This document shows, piece after piece, positions 9,212 to 19,612 of a stretch of DNA of 31,147 nt (its first letter is position 1; each line of letters starts with the position of its first letter). The notes below the pieces were generated by a model that saw only the letters and a list, made by a program, of their open reading frames with translations, was not told the DNA's origin and did not search any database. The stretch is taken from assembly GCA_022844165.1 (NCBI GenBank), contig JALHMH010000047.1, positions 1-31,147 on the forward strand, read 5' to 3'. The DNA comes from Lysobacterales bacterium (GTDB taxonomy: Bacteria > Pseudomonadota > Gammaproteobacteria > Xanthomonadales > SZUA-5). The position numbers and the translations under genes are program-made.

Positions 9212-9258
9212 GGTGCGCGGATTCAGCACCGCCGGCGACATGCAAGGGCGACCGATCC
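9212..9258 (+). repeat. Diverged ~47-bp direct duplicate of the phosphatase 3' coding region (9063-9109)
   Basis: 24-bp exact core CAGCACCGCCGGCGACATGCAAGG at 9075-9098 and 9224-9247, with gap-free alignable flanks. Confidence 0.85.
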
Positions 9259-9608
9259 GGTTGGGTCTTTGTTGAAACGGGGCTGCGAGTCCGCCGCCAG
9301 GGCGGACTCGCATAAACAGCCGTTATTGTTGGACGCAGAAAACACCGTAGGGGTTCCAGCCGAAACTCTCGGCAAGCTGCCGGCGTTCTTATTGCTTGCG
9401 GCCCGCAGCTTTTCCGAAAAGGACTCCAAATCTGCCTGAATCCGGGTCTCGATCGCCGTCGGTTGATGCTTGATCGTGGTTTCAGTCAAATCGGCCGAAC
9501 GTTGCTCGACGATGTCGGCCAGTGCGGCTCTAAACAACGTGTTAGTTTTGTGCCAAGTTCGTCGCAGCTGGCGCGAGACCAGACGGGCAAGAAGCGAGCA
9601 TCGTCCAG

Positions 9609-9750
9609 GGGCGGTTCGAATAACCTGCTGCGCGGGTCGATAGCTGCGTTGCTCCGTGCTCGGAATCCTCACGGACTCGACGTCCGCTGCGGTTCGTGCG
9701 CGCGGTGCGCCTTGCTCTCGACCCGCTCGCTACGGTTATTCAAACCGCTC
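9609..9750. mobile_element. 142-bp MITE-like element with 17-bp terminal inverted repeats and CCAG target-site duplication
   Basis: Left GGGCGGTTCGAATAACC and right GGTTATTCAAACCGCTC (15/17 complementary); inner stem GCGGGTCGA/TCGACCCGC; CCAG at 9605-9608 and 9751-9754. Confidence 0.82.
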
Positions 9751-9767
9751 CCAGGAAACGCCCGCGG

Positions 9768-10115
9768 TCAGGCCACTGCCGCCGTTACGACAATCTCAAT
9801 TTTCCATTCCGGTTTCGCCAGGTTCGCCTGTACGGTGGCGCGAGGTGGCGCATCGCCGGCGGGTAACCATGCCTCCCAGACAGCATTCATGGCGGCAAAG
9901 TCAGCGAGGTCGACGAGAAAAATCTGCGCCATCAGAATTCGTGATTTGTCGCTGCCCGCGCGTGACAACAATGCGTCGATCGCCGCCAACACTTGCCGTG
10001 TCTGGCCCGCGATGTCCGCGGTCGCGTCATCCGGTACTTGGCCGGCAAGGTATGCAACGCCCTTGAAAATCGACATTTCCGACAAGCGCGGACCCACATC
10101 GAATCGTTTGATCAT
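9768..10115 (-). CDS. RidA/YjgF/UK114 family protein (YoaB-like)
   Basis: YLAGQV, QTRQVLA.ID.LL..AGSDKS, F.AMNAVW..W...G.APPRATV and IEI.V.AA motifs; GAGG upstream of MIKR. Confidence 0.92.
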   Translation of the reverse strand: MIKRFDVGPRLSEMSIFKGVAYLAGQVPDDATADIAGQTRQVLAAIDALLSRAGSDKSRILMAQIFLVDLADFAAMNAVWEAWLPAGDAPPRATVQANLAKPEWKIEIVVTAAVA

Positions 10116-10369
10116 GATCGGCGCCTCAACGGTTGACGATTGCACTTTTTATCACGTTGCCATTGCCATCGCGAGAAAAACTTGGGTGGCTGGCTTTGCA
10201 ACGTGGCAACGCCGCGCTGCGGGCCATCGCATTCACTGGGGAACACACAGTCGTCCGATCGCGAAGCGACGCGTGAGCGCAAAGGGTGCTCTGCGGAGCG
10301 GCGCAATCCTGGATGCGTGGAAAAGCACCGAAACCACTCGACTTGAGACTCGCCGCTCCAGGCGCAGAA

Positions 10370-10699
10370 TCAAACGAGAATCAACTGCTCGCCAAGTACC
10401 GCCACCGGCACCTTAGCCAAGGACGCACCGCGACAGGGACCGCCGATGCAAAAACCATCTTCCGGGCGGAAACTTGCCCCGTGCGCAGCGCACACGAGTT
10501 GACCATGGGCAAACAAGAACCGTCCAGGTGCCCAGTTCAACGGTCTGCCAGCATGTGGGCAGATGTTTCGATACGCCACGATCTGCTCTCCCAGTCTGAT
10601 CACGATGAGCGTCTCAACGCCTGCCTCATCGGTTGGATCCGGAACTTCGGTCGGTGCCTCGGCGGAGAGTTCGTTCAGCTTGCAGACGACTTGGACCAT
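10370..10699 (-). CDS. Rieske [2Fe-2S] ferredoxin-like protein
   Basis: CPHAG...CAAHGA.F....G.C.GGPC motifs. Confidence 0.9.
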   Translation of the reverse strand: MVQVVCKLNELSAEAPTEVPDPTDEAGVETLIVIRLGEQIVAYRNICPHAGRPLNWAPGRFLFAHGQLVCAAHGASFRPEDGFCIGGPCRGASLAKVPVAVLGEQLILV

Positions 10700-10764
10700 C
10701 TTGTTTCACTTGCGCTTACGGAAATCCACGTCATGCTACGCCTAACTGATGAGGGAGCCATGCC

Positions 10765-11025
10765 ATGAGTCCAGCTGCATTGATGGGTCCGACGCCACTT
10801 GGCCAGCGCGTGCTTGCGGTGCTGGTCTGGCTGGTCGGTGCCTTGATCACCGCTGGTCTGCTGGTTTTCGGATTTTTCGTTGGCGCGGCGTTATTAGGCC
10901 TGACGGCCGTCGGCGCCTTGATTGCACTGGCGCGCATGCGTTGGCGCAAACCGCGTTCGGGCAGCCGGTCCGCCGTCATTGAGGGCGAGTTTATCGTGGT
11001 GCGTCGGCCATCCGACCCGGCCTGA
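10765..11025 (+). CDS. Small hypothetical membrane protein
   Basis: GAGGGAG RBS 7 nt upstream; two hydrophobic helices; C-terminal VIEGEF.VV motif. Confidence 0.7.
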   Translation: MSPAALMGPTPLGQRVLAVLVWLVGALITAGLLVFGFFVGAALLGLTAVGALIALARMRWRKPRSGSRSAVIEGEFIVVRRPSDPA

Positions 11026-11114
11026 AGTGGGTTCGTGATGGCGCTTCGACGTCGAGTCGCCGAGTACAGTTTGTCCCCAGCAGGCGCTTCTGACAGCACG
11101 CCAGCGGGTCATTG

Positions 11115-12104
11115 TCACAGCTCGCCAATGGCCTCCAGAGAACGGATGCGGCGCTGCTCGGCCTCAGAGAAGCGCGCGCGCAGATACTGGTCCAACGCAG
11201 CACTATGGTCGGCGCCGGTTGCGTTCAGTCGCTGGCGTTCTCGTTGGTAATCCGTCACGCGCACTTGCCAATGTAGCCGTTCGCGATCGAGTAACTCCAT
11301 GCGCGCTGCTGCGGACTCGCCGAAGCGCTCCTTGCGCCGCGCAAATCGCTCCGAGCCGCTGCTGGTTGCGCTGTCGATCGCCATCGCATCGCGCAGATCT
11401 GCCTGGGTTTGTCGGTGTTCGAGAATCGGCGCCTTTAGCTCCAGCGGTAGTGTGTCGACCAGCTCCATTTCGCGGCGCGTTCGCTCTGCGGGCGATAGCG
11501 AGGGGTCGAGTTTGCGCACCGCAAGCGTATGTTCCTGATAGCGCTCTTCGCGCCCGAAAAATGCGCTCGCCATATCTACTCCGAGCACAGAGCGCCGCAA
11601 GTCTTTGAGCATGTTCAAGCGTTCTTGCAAGTCCAGCCCCGATAGCTGCGGAGCTGCCGATTGCGCCTGCTGCAAATAGCGCAGGTAGCGCTCGAACAGG
11701 GCCAGCGCCTGGGCGGCGGCGCGCGGGTGCGACAGTTCGCCCAAACGACTTGCCAGCAACGCGCGAATTTCATCGAGCGACAGCTCGCCGGCACTCGACA
11801 GCACATGATCGAATAGACGACGCAGGCTCTCGTCGACGATGACATCGCCTTTATCATCGAGCGCGATTGCGCCGTCGATCTCTGCGCCGGCCATGGACGG
11901 CGGCACCGCAGTGGTATCGACCAGCGGCTTGCCTGCCGTTTCGGCACGCATCTCAGCTGCAGTTGCATTGGCCGGGTCATGCCACGAGGCGTCGACCGCC
12001 GGTGCTTGGTATCCAGCGGTGAATTGATGCTGTTCGCCACGCGGCAAGAGCAGCAACGCTGCGACCGCGGCAGCGATCAGCAGCGCTACGAGCGCCTTGC
12101 GCAT
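11115..12104 (-). CDS. Lipase secretion chaperone (lipase-specific foldase)
   Basis: N-terminal TM anchor; PPSMAG.EIDG, LRRLFDH.LS..GE, ALFERY..Y and FG..AA.R...LD motifs; starts 2 bp after the lipase stop. Confidence 0.9.
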   Translation of the reverse strand: MRKALVALLIAAAVAALLLLPRGEQHQFTAGYQAPAVDASWHDPANATAAEMRAETAGKPLVDTTAVPPSMAGAEIDGAIALDDKGDVIVDESLRRLFDHVLSSAGELSLDEIRALLASRLGELSHPRAAAQALALFERYLRYLQQAQSAAPQLSGLDLQERLNMLKDLRRSVLGVDMASAFFGREERYQEHTLAVRKLDPSLSPAERTRREMELVDTLPLELKAPILEHRQTQADLRDAMAIDSATSSGSERFARRKERFGESAAARMELLDRERLHWQVRVTDYQRERQRLNATGADHSAALDQYLRARFSEAEQRRIRSLEAIGEL

Positions 12105-12106
12105 CG

Positions 12107-13090
<984 letters not shown>

Positions 13091-13167
13091 CTATACGCTA
13101 CCGTATGGTAATGCAAGGAGGTGTAACGTACGGATGCGCATGGTGCGCGCTGAACCTCTGGGTCCGT

Positions 13168-14175
13168 TCAAGCAGCGGCTCGAATCAACCGCGCCACGAG
13201 CACATCCTCGACCCAACTCTTAAGCCGCCAATCTTCGATGAAACCACAATGCCCACCGTGCTCTGCGAGCACGAGCTCCGTGTGGTTGGGCAGCTGAAGT
13301 TCACGATAGTCGGCAACCGGAATGACCGGGTCGTCTTCTGCGGTGATGATCGATGCTGGCACAGTCAATGCGGCCAGACGGTCGCCGACAATCGAGTATC
13401 CATCGAGATAACGCTCCAGTTTGCCGTAATCGGTAAACTCCTCGACGAGGCGCGCAGTGAGGTCGCGCAGCGTGGGTTTTTTCAACCACTCGCTGAAGTC
13501 GTAGCGGTGCGGAAACAGCGCCTGTTTGCGGCGCAACGAATCGCTCCACTTGGTGATGAAGTAACGCTCGTACACCCAGGGCGCAGTTTCGATTTGCGTC
13601 AGGCTGCCCGCAGGATCGATGGGCGGGCAGACCGCAAAGGCGTAAGCGATGTTCAGCCCGTTGGCAGGCGCGCGCAGCGCCACGCGCAATACAAAATTGC
13701 CGCCTAAAGAAAACCCGGCAAGCAACAGCCGACGTGGCTCGAACTTCGTTTGCACGGCCCGCACGGCGCCGACAACTTCATCAATGCGGCAGGAATGAAA
13801 CAAGCCTTCGTTGAGGTGGTGCGAGTCGCCGTGATCGCGAAAATGCAGTCGAAACACATCGAAGCCCGCCGCCAGCAGACGGCCTGCCGATACCATCATG
13901 TAACTTGATTGCGCGCTGCCCTCCCAGCCATGAAACAGAACCACCAACCCGCGAGCACTGGCCTGCACGCTCTGCACCGACAGGAACCCCTGCAAACGAA
14001 CGCCGTCGCCGCAGTCCAAAATGTGCTCGCTGCTGGCTTCGTGCAAACCCGGGAACCGCATCCGCACCGCAGCTCGGCGCAAGGCGCTCGATGCCAGCAG
14101 AGACTGCACGTGAGGATTGGCTAACGCGCCGCGGCGTTTGAAGCTCAAACCATGCGTATGCAAAGCCGCACTCAT
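13168..14175 (-). CDS. YheT-family alpha/beta hydrolase
   Basis: NPHVQS, HGWEGS, GFSLGG, DDPVI and GGHCGF motifs. Confidence 0.9.
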   Translation of the reverse strand: MSAALHTHGLSFKRRGALANPHVQSLLASSALRRAAVRMRFPGLHEASSEHILDCGDGVRLQGFLSVQSVQASARGLVVLFHGWEGSAQSSYMMVSAGRLLAAGFDVFRLHFRDHGDSHHLNEGLFHSCRIDEVVGAVRAVQTKFEPRRLLLAGFSLGGNFVLRVALRAPANGLNIAYAFAVCPPIDPAGSLTQIETAPWVYERYFITKWSDSLRRKQALFPHRYDFSEWLKKPTLRDLTARLVEEFTDYGKLERYLDGYSIVGDRLAALTVPASIITAEDDPVIPVADYRELQLPNHTELVLAEHGGHCGFIEDWRLKSWVEDVLVARLIRAAA

Positions 14176-14999
14176 GAGGGCGGCGTCGCTAACGCGCCGA
14201 CAATTCTCTCTCGCGCCGCCTCGGCAAGCCGCCGTCGACCTTCAGAATGCGCTGGAATGACATCGAGGAAATGCACTTCGGCCACCATCGGCGGCTCACC
14301 CAACAAGCGCACGAAGTTGACAAAAAAGCTCTCGCCCGACAAAAAAGGTACCGCAGGGTTGGGCGCGCCATCGCACAGATAACGCAGTGCGATCGGTTGC
14401 ACGGGCACGTCCGCTTCCACCGCCGTTTGGAAGATCCTGGCGTGGAATACTCTGACTTGCCGACCATCGGTCGTCCCACCTTCCGGAAACACGCCCACCT
14501 GAGCGCCCTGACGCAGGCGTTCCACCATCATCTGCGCCACACTGGCGAGCGATTCGGTACTACCGCGGCGGTGGTAAATGGTGCCGGCGCGGCGTGCAAG
14601 CCAGCCAACGAACGGCCATCGGCTGATTTCTGATTTGGCGACAAACTCGACCGCACGTTGGCTGTGGATCAGCTCGATATCAAGCCAGGACAGATGATTG
14701 GCGACGACCAATGCGGCGCCATTGAATGGGACACCAAGACGGCGAACTCGAAAGCCAAAAATGCGCATTAAGCCGGCGGACCACCAACGAATAGCCCGAT
14801 GGCGCAGATGCTCATCCCCCCAGCGAATTCGCTCGCCCAGCGGAGAAACCAGCACCAAAGTCAGAGGCAGATGCACGATGAGATGCCAAAGCAGGGCGGG
14901 CACCCGAATCAAATAACGCGCCCAACGACGATCTCGAAACAGCGGCTTTTCCAGAGTAGAGATGCCTTGGTCCATGGTCCCAGATCCGATATCGGCCAC
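14172..14999 (-). CDS. Lysophospholipid acyltransferase (PlsC/OlsA-like)
   Basis: NHLSWLD, FVAKSE and VFPEG motifs; ATGA overlap with the hydrolase. Start uncertain (14999 or 14975). Confidence 0.9.
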   Translation of the reverse strand: MADIGSGTMDQGISTLEKPLFRDRRWARYLIRVPALLWHLIVHLPLTLVLVSPLGERIRWGDEHLRHRAIRWWSAGLMRIFGFRVRRLGVPFNGAALVVANHLSWLDIELIHSQRAVEFVAKSEISRWPFVGWLARRAGTIYHRRGSTESLASVAQMMVERLRQGAQVGVFPEGGTTDGRQVRVFHARIFQTAVEADVPVQPIALRYLCDGAPNPAVPFLSGESFFVNFVRLLGEPPMVAEVHFLDVIPAHSEGRRRLAEAARERIVGALATPPS

Positions 15000-15251
15000 T
15001 ATTGAAGCACGAATGCTGTCGAACAGTCAGGACGAAAGTAGAATGCGCTTAGCACCTCATGGTAACCGATTGCGATTCAAGCGAATGCTCTTGCGCGGCT
15101 GATCGCAGAGTGCGACACCTCTTGTTCAGCTGAGTTGCAAGTGACGATCGGTCGGTTGTAGTTCGGACCACAAGCGACGACAATCTCACGCGCCGCAGCG
15201 AACCAATGGCCTGTGCATCCGCAGCGCCACGTTCCAACGTACATGCTCACG

Positions 15252-15677
15252 ATGACTTCACATTCTCACATCGCCGCGCTTGACCCCGCACTGCAAGAAG
15301 CCAGGGCGCCTGCTGTCGATGCTTCGCGACGGGCGGCCATCTGGGAGGTAGTGCAATCGCGTCTCAGCGCGCAACATATTGTCCGTGCGCATGAGGGCGA
15401 GTGGCGCTGCCTGCTGCCGGGTGTCGAAATTAAACGCTTGTATCTCGATCCAACGACGCACATCGAAACGTCGCTATGGCGAATTCAGGCTGGCGCATAC
15501 GTACCACCTCATCCGCATTCGCACGACGAAGAATGCCTGGTTCTCGAAGGCAGCATCGTCGATGGCGACAACTGCTTCGACGCTGGCGATTATGTTCTGG
15601 CACGCGCGGGCTCGATGCATGCGCGATTAAGTTCACCGCAGGGCGCGCTGCTGCTCATTCGCTCGCAGGTGCATTAG
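15252..15677 (+). CDS. ChrR-like cupin domain protein
   Basis: G..VP.H.H..DEECLVLEG.....D..F.AGDY..A.AGS.H....S..GALL.I cupin pattern. Start may be 15243. Confidence 0.8.
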   Translation: MTSHSHIAALDPALQEARAPAVDASRRAAIWEVVQSRLSAQHIVRAHEGEWRCLLPGVEIKRLYLDPTTHIETSLWRIQAGAYVPPHPHSHDEECLVLEGSIVDGDNCFDAGDYVLARAGSMHARLSSPQGALLLIRSQVH

Positions 15678-15734
15678 CCGGGTGTTTTCGCAGCGAGATG
15701 ATGGGCTTTAAGGAGCCTGAGCACTGGTCGCTGC

Positions 15735-15766
15735 AAAAAAATAGGGGCGGCTTTTGCGGCCGCCCC
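15735..15766 (-). terminator. Rho-independent terminator of sucCD
   Basis: Minus strand reads GGGGCGGC-cgcaaaa-GCCGCCCC followed by TATTTTTTT. Confidence 0.85.
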
Positions 15767-15812
15767 AAGATCTGCGATTCGGCGCCGTTGACGAGCGCCT
15801 TGTAGATTCGAC

Positions 15813-17123
15813 TTACTTGCCTTTCTTCGCTGCCGGTTTCTTGGCAGGTGCCGCCTTTTTCGCAGGCGCAGCCTTCTTGGCTGGCGCAGCTTTGGCTACC
15901 GGCTTCTTGGCGGGCGCAGCGGCTTTCTTCGCTGGCGCAGCCTTAGCTGCCGGCTTTTTGGCGGGAGCAGCTTTCTTCGCTGGCGCCGCTTTCTTTGCTG
16001 GCGCCGCTTTCTTTGCAGCGGGTTTTGCTGCTGGCTTGGCGGCCGCTTTCTTGGCCGGTGCCGCTTTAGCCGGAGCAGCTTTCTTCGCCGGCGCAGCTTT
16101 TGCTGCTGGGGCTTTCTTTGCTGCCGGTTTGGCGGCGGCTTTCTTCGCGGCCGGTTTCTTGGCCGGCGCTTCTGCCGGTGCTGCTGGTGCGACTGTTTCT
16201 GTTTTCATGATGGCACTCCCCTTCGAGGATGACGATTTGGTTTTGACGCCCGACAGGCGTTTTTGAATCGCGTCTCCCAATTCCGTGGGGGATTGCACCG
16301 TCGTCACTCCGGCGCGCTCCAGCGCTTCAAACTTGGCTGCGGCTGTGCCCTTGCCGCCGGCGATGATGGCGCCAGCGTGACCCATGCGCTTCCCCGCCGG
16401 CGCAGCAACGCCGGCGATATAAGCGACCACGGGCTTAGTCACATACTCCGCAATGAACTCTGCAGCTTCTTCTTCTGCATTACCGCCGATTTCGCCGACC
16501 ATGATGATGCCCTCGGTCTGCGGATCGTCTTGAAACAGCCGCAAACAATCGACGAAGCTCATGCCATGGATCGGATCACCACCGATACCGATGCAAGTAC
16601 TTTGTCCGAGGCCTACTTTTGTCGTTTGATACACGGCTTCGTACGTTAGCGTGCCGCTGCGCGACACGATGCCGATCTTGCCCGGTTTATGGATGAAGCC
16701 GGGCATGATCCCAATCTTGCATTCACCCGGTGTGATGATGCCGGGGCAGTTCGGCCCGATCAGGTAAGTGCTGGGATAGTAGGTGCTGAGCACATGTTTG
16801 ACGCGCAGCATGTCGAGGACCGGGATGCCCTCGGTAATCGCAACGATCACTTTGATTCCAGCATCAGCCGCTTCCAGTATCGCATCGGCTGCGAACGGCG
16901 GCGGCACGAAAATCATGCTTGCTTCGGCGCCGGTCTCTTCGACCGCATCTTGCACCGTGTTGAACACTGGCAAACCGATGTGATCTTTGCCCGCTTTGCC
17001 CGGCGTCACACCGCCGACCAATTTGGTGCCGTAGTCGAGCGCCTGCTCGGCGTGGAACGTGCCCTGCGTGCCGGTGAAGCCTTGGCAAATCACTCGGGTT
17101 TTCTTATTGACCAATACCGCCAT
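15813..17123 (-). CDS. sucD: Succinyl-CoA synthetase alpha subunit with ~140-aa Lys/Ala/Pro-rich C-terminal extension
   Basis: [24 protein letters not shown] and GKRMGHAGA motifs in the first ~291 aa, then KKAAPA-type repeats to aa 436. Confidence 0.96.
   Translation of the reverse strand: MAVLVNKKTRVICQGFTGTQGTFHAEQALDYGTKLVGGVTPGKAGKDHIGLPVFNTVQDAVEETGAEASMIFVPPPFAADAILEAADAGIKVIVAITEGIPVLDMLRVKHVLSTYYPSTYLIGPNCPGIITPGECKIGIMPGFIHKPGKIGIVSRSGTLTYEAVYQTTKVGLGQSTCIGIGGDPIHGMSFVDCLRLFQDDPQTEGIIMVGEIGGNAEEEAAEFIAEYVTKPVVAYIAGVAAPAGKRMGHAGAIIAGGKGTAAAKFEALERAGVTTVQSPTELGDAIQKRLSGVKTKSSSSKGSAIMKTETVAPAAPAEAPAKKPAAKKAAAKPAAKKAPAAKAAPAKKAAPAKAAPAKKAAAKPAAKPAAKKAAPAKKAAPAKKAAPAKKPAAKAAPAKKAAAPAKKPVAKAAPAKKAAPAKKAAPAKKPAAKKGK
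15816..16170 (-). repeat. Low-complexity coding repeats ([12 protein letters not shown]) in the sucD tail
   Basis: Degenerate 15-18 bp units with varied synonymous codons. Confidence 0.9.
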
Positions 17124-17141
17124 GGGAATGCTGTCCTTGTC

Positions 17142-18308
17142 TTAGGCTTTGGCGGCAGCAGCAACGGCTTTTTGCGCGCCGTCGGCCAGATCGCTCGCCG
17201 GAATGATGGAGAGATTGCCGACTTTCAACATATCGCGGCCTTTCTCGACATTGGTGCCCTCAAGACGCACCACCACAGGGATATTGATCCCCACCTCTTT
17301 GACCGCCGCAATGATGCCCTCGGCGATGAGGTCGCAACGCACGATGCCACCGAAAATGTTGACCAAAATCGCTTTGACTTTCTCGTTGCCGAGAATCAGC
17401 TTGAAGGCCTCTGTCACGCGTTCTGTCGTCGCGCCGCCGCCAACATCCAGGAAGTTCGCCGGCTCGCCACCATAGAGCTTGATGACGTCCATCGTTGCCA
17501 TCGCCAAACCAGCGCCGTTGACCATACATGCGATGTTGCCGTCGAGCGCAACGTAGTTGAGGTCGCTCTTCGCTGCTTGCGCTTCCAGCGGATCGTCTTG
17601 CGACACATCGCGCATCGCTGCAAGTTTCTCATGCCGGAAGAGCGCGTTATCGTCGGCATTCAGCTTGCCATCCAGCGCCATCAGATCACCGGCGCCGTTG
17701 ATCACCAGCGGATTCAGTTCGATCAGGCTCATATCGAGCTGCGTGAACAGCTGGAACATCGCCAACATGATCTTCGCCAGCTGCGCCGTTTGTTTGGCAC
17801 CCAGTCCCATCGCGAATCCGAGCTTGCGGCACTCGTACGCCTGCAGGCCCTGCATGAAGTTGACTTCAACAGTGAATATTTTCTCCGGGTGCTCGCGCGC
17901 CACCTGCTCGATATCGACGCCGCCCATCGGCGATGCGATAAATGTCACTGCGCGTGCCGTGCGATCGACGAGCATGCTCAGATACAGCTCTTTCGAAATC
18001 TCAGTGGCTTCGGTGACCAGCACCTGATTGACCGGCAGACCACGTCCCGCACTTTGATAAGTGACCATGCGCGTACCGAGCATCTTGCTCGCTGCATCGC
18101 GCACCTGCGTCAGCGATTTCACAAGTTTCACGCCACCGGCCTTGCCACGACCGCCTGCATGAATCTGCGCTTTCACGACCCACTGATCTCCGCCGATCTG
18201 ACGTGCCGCTTCGACTGCGGCATCGACGGTGTTCGCTACCATGCCCTGCGGCACTGGAATTCCAAACTGTGCGAACAACTCCTTCGCTTGATACTCGTGA
18301 AAGTTCAT
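17142..18308 (-). CDS. sucC: Succinyl-CoA synthetase beta subunit
   Basis: [35 protein letters not shown] and ANFLDVGGG motifs; AGGAG RBS. Confidence 0.98.
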   Translation of the reverse strand: MNFHEYQAKELFAQFGIPVPQGMVANTVDAAVEAARQIGGDQWVVKAQIHAGGRGKAGGVKLVKSLTQVRDAASKMLGTRMVTYQSAGRGLPVNQVLVTEATEISKELYLSMLVDRTARAVTFIASPMGGVDIEQVAREHPEKIFTVEVNFMQGLQAYECRKLGFAMGLGAKQTAQLAKIMLAMFQLFTQLDMSLIELNPLVINGAGDLMALDGKLNADDNALFRHEKLAAMRDVSQDDPLEAQAAKSDLNYVALDGNIACMVNGAGLAMATMDVIKLYGGEPANFLDVGGGATTERVTEAFKLILGNEKVKAILVNIFGGIVRCDLIAEGIIAAVKEVGINIPVVVRLEGTNVEKGRDMLKVGNLSIIPASDLADGAQKAVAAAAKA

Positions 18309-18547
18309 CCGTTCTCCTGCGCTGATTCTTGCGTCGATCTCAATCGCTGAGATCGTCCTGGCAAATTGGCGCGTATTGTGATGAAAGCGACACGCAAAAG
18401 CCAAGGGGTATTTGCAATAAAAGTGCGCTGCGAGTCAGGTTGTCGTCGTCTCATCGATGCGTTGTCGAATTTCCGCGTTGAATTTCGTCGCTTCGTCGCA
18501 CGGAAGAAGCGAAGATATTTTCTTCGAATGTGCGGATCGCATGATCA

Positions 18548-19555
18548 TCAATAGCTCAGCTTTGTGGCCTTGCCCCAGAACACGCGATACGAGTAGATCG
18601 TGTAGGCAATGATGGTGGGCAACGTGATCGCGGTGCCAATCAGAATGATGCTCAGCGCCTCGTTTGAACTGGCGGCCTCAACATAGGTGATGCGGTCGAT
18701 CACCAGATACGGATAGAGACTGTAAGCCAATCCAAAAAACGCGAACAGAAAAATGCCGACCGCGCAGACGAATGGCGCCCACGCCCAGCGGTCCAGGCCA
18801 CGTGCATTGCCCGCCTTGGCATCGCTCGCCAGACGATGCAGGAAGATGTGCGCGAAGGCGAACAACACCACGGTCATCAGCGGGATCGGCATCAGTGCGA
18901 TCAGCGCCGGCATGGAAAACCATTTGGCAAAAATGTGCGGGCTCGCCAGCGGCGTGGCGATCGAAACTGCCGCAACGCCGAGAGCCGTGAGCCAGAGACT
19001 GCCGCGGGCCCAGGCGATTGCGCGCTGCTGCAGGTCACCATCGGTTTTCATGATCAGGAAGCACGAACCCAGCATCGCATAGCCCGCCGTCAGGCAGGGT
19101 GCAATCAGCAGCGCAAATCCGTAGGCCACCCAAGAATGCTCGAAGCCGACGATGTAGTGCCCTAACATGAAACCTTGTGCCAATGAAGCGCCGAGTGAGC
19201 CTGCGTAGAACGCACGATCCCACGCAAGTTTCCTTTCTGGATTCACCTTGGCGCGCAACTCGAAAGCAACGCCACGAAGCATGAGCGCGAGCAACATCAG
19301 CGTGACTGGCAGGTACAGCGCACCGAGAATCGCGCCATGCGCTTTCGGGAAGGCGACCAACAGCAAACCAACGCCAAGCACCAGCCAGGTTTCGTTCGCA
19401 TCCCAGAATGGGCCAATCGCGGCGATCATCGTGTCCTTCTGCTCTGGTCGTGCACGACGCAGCAACACACCGACGCCGAGGTCGTAGCCATCCAGCACAA
19501 CGTAGGCAAGCATCGCAATCGACATCAGCAGCAGGAAGATCAGCGGGAGATTCAT
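18548..19555 (-). CDS. cydB: Cytochrome bd ubiquinol oxidase subunit II (CioB-type)
   Basis: YVVLDGYDLGVG, GPFWDANETWL, LRGVAFE.R and YRVFWGK motifs. Confidence 0.95.
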   Translation of the reverse strand: MNLPLIFLLLMSIAMLAYVVLDGYDLGVGVLLRRARPEQKDTMIAAIGPFWDANETWLVLGVGLLLVAFPKAHGAILGALYLPVTLMLLALMLRGVAFELRAKVNPERKLAWDRAFYAGSLGASLAQGFMLGHYIVGFEHSWVAYGFALLIAPCLTAGYAMLGSCFLIMKTDGDLQQRAIAWARGSLWLTALGVAAVSIATPLASPHIFAKWFSMPALIALMPIPLMTVVLFAFAHIFLHRLASDAKAGNARGLDRWAWAPFVCAVGIFLFAFFGLAYSLYPYLVIDRITYVEAASSNEALSIILIGTAITLPTIIAYTIYSYRVFWGKATKLSY

Positions 19556-19612
19556 GTGCGTGGTCAGGTAGGTAGTGGATGGTGGATATCAGCTGTCGAG
19601 ATCCGGGCGCCT

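Noticed and set aside
9063-9258. Diversity-generating retroelement VR/TR pair
   Set aside because: The repeat is too short, mismatches are not confined to adenines of the non-coding copy, and no reverse transcriptase is present.
10150-10215. Imperfect inverted repeat CGTTGCCA/TGGCAACG upstream of the RidA gene
   Set aside because: Short and imperfect; it cannot be assigned as a riboswitch or operator from sequence alone.
9463-10416. 317-aa plus-strand ORF
   Set aside because: It spans the MITE and is antisense to the RidA gene, with no recognisable domain.
15754-16266. 170-aa hydrophobic ORF (AGAAFF repeats)
   Set aside because: It is the antisense shadow of the K/A/P repeats in sucD.
16689-18350. 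553-aa plus-strand ORF
   Set aside because: It is antisense to sucCD with no motifs, a common GC-rich codon artefact. The same applies to 6116-7438, 3774-4715 and 24790-25845.
18366-18382. Sigma-54 promoter (TTGGCGCG...)
   Set aside because: There is no GC dinucleotide at the -12 position, and it points away from sucC.
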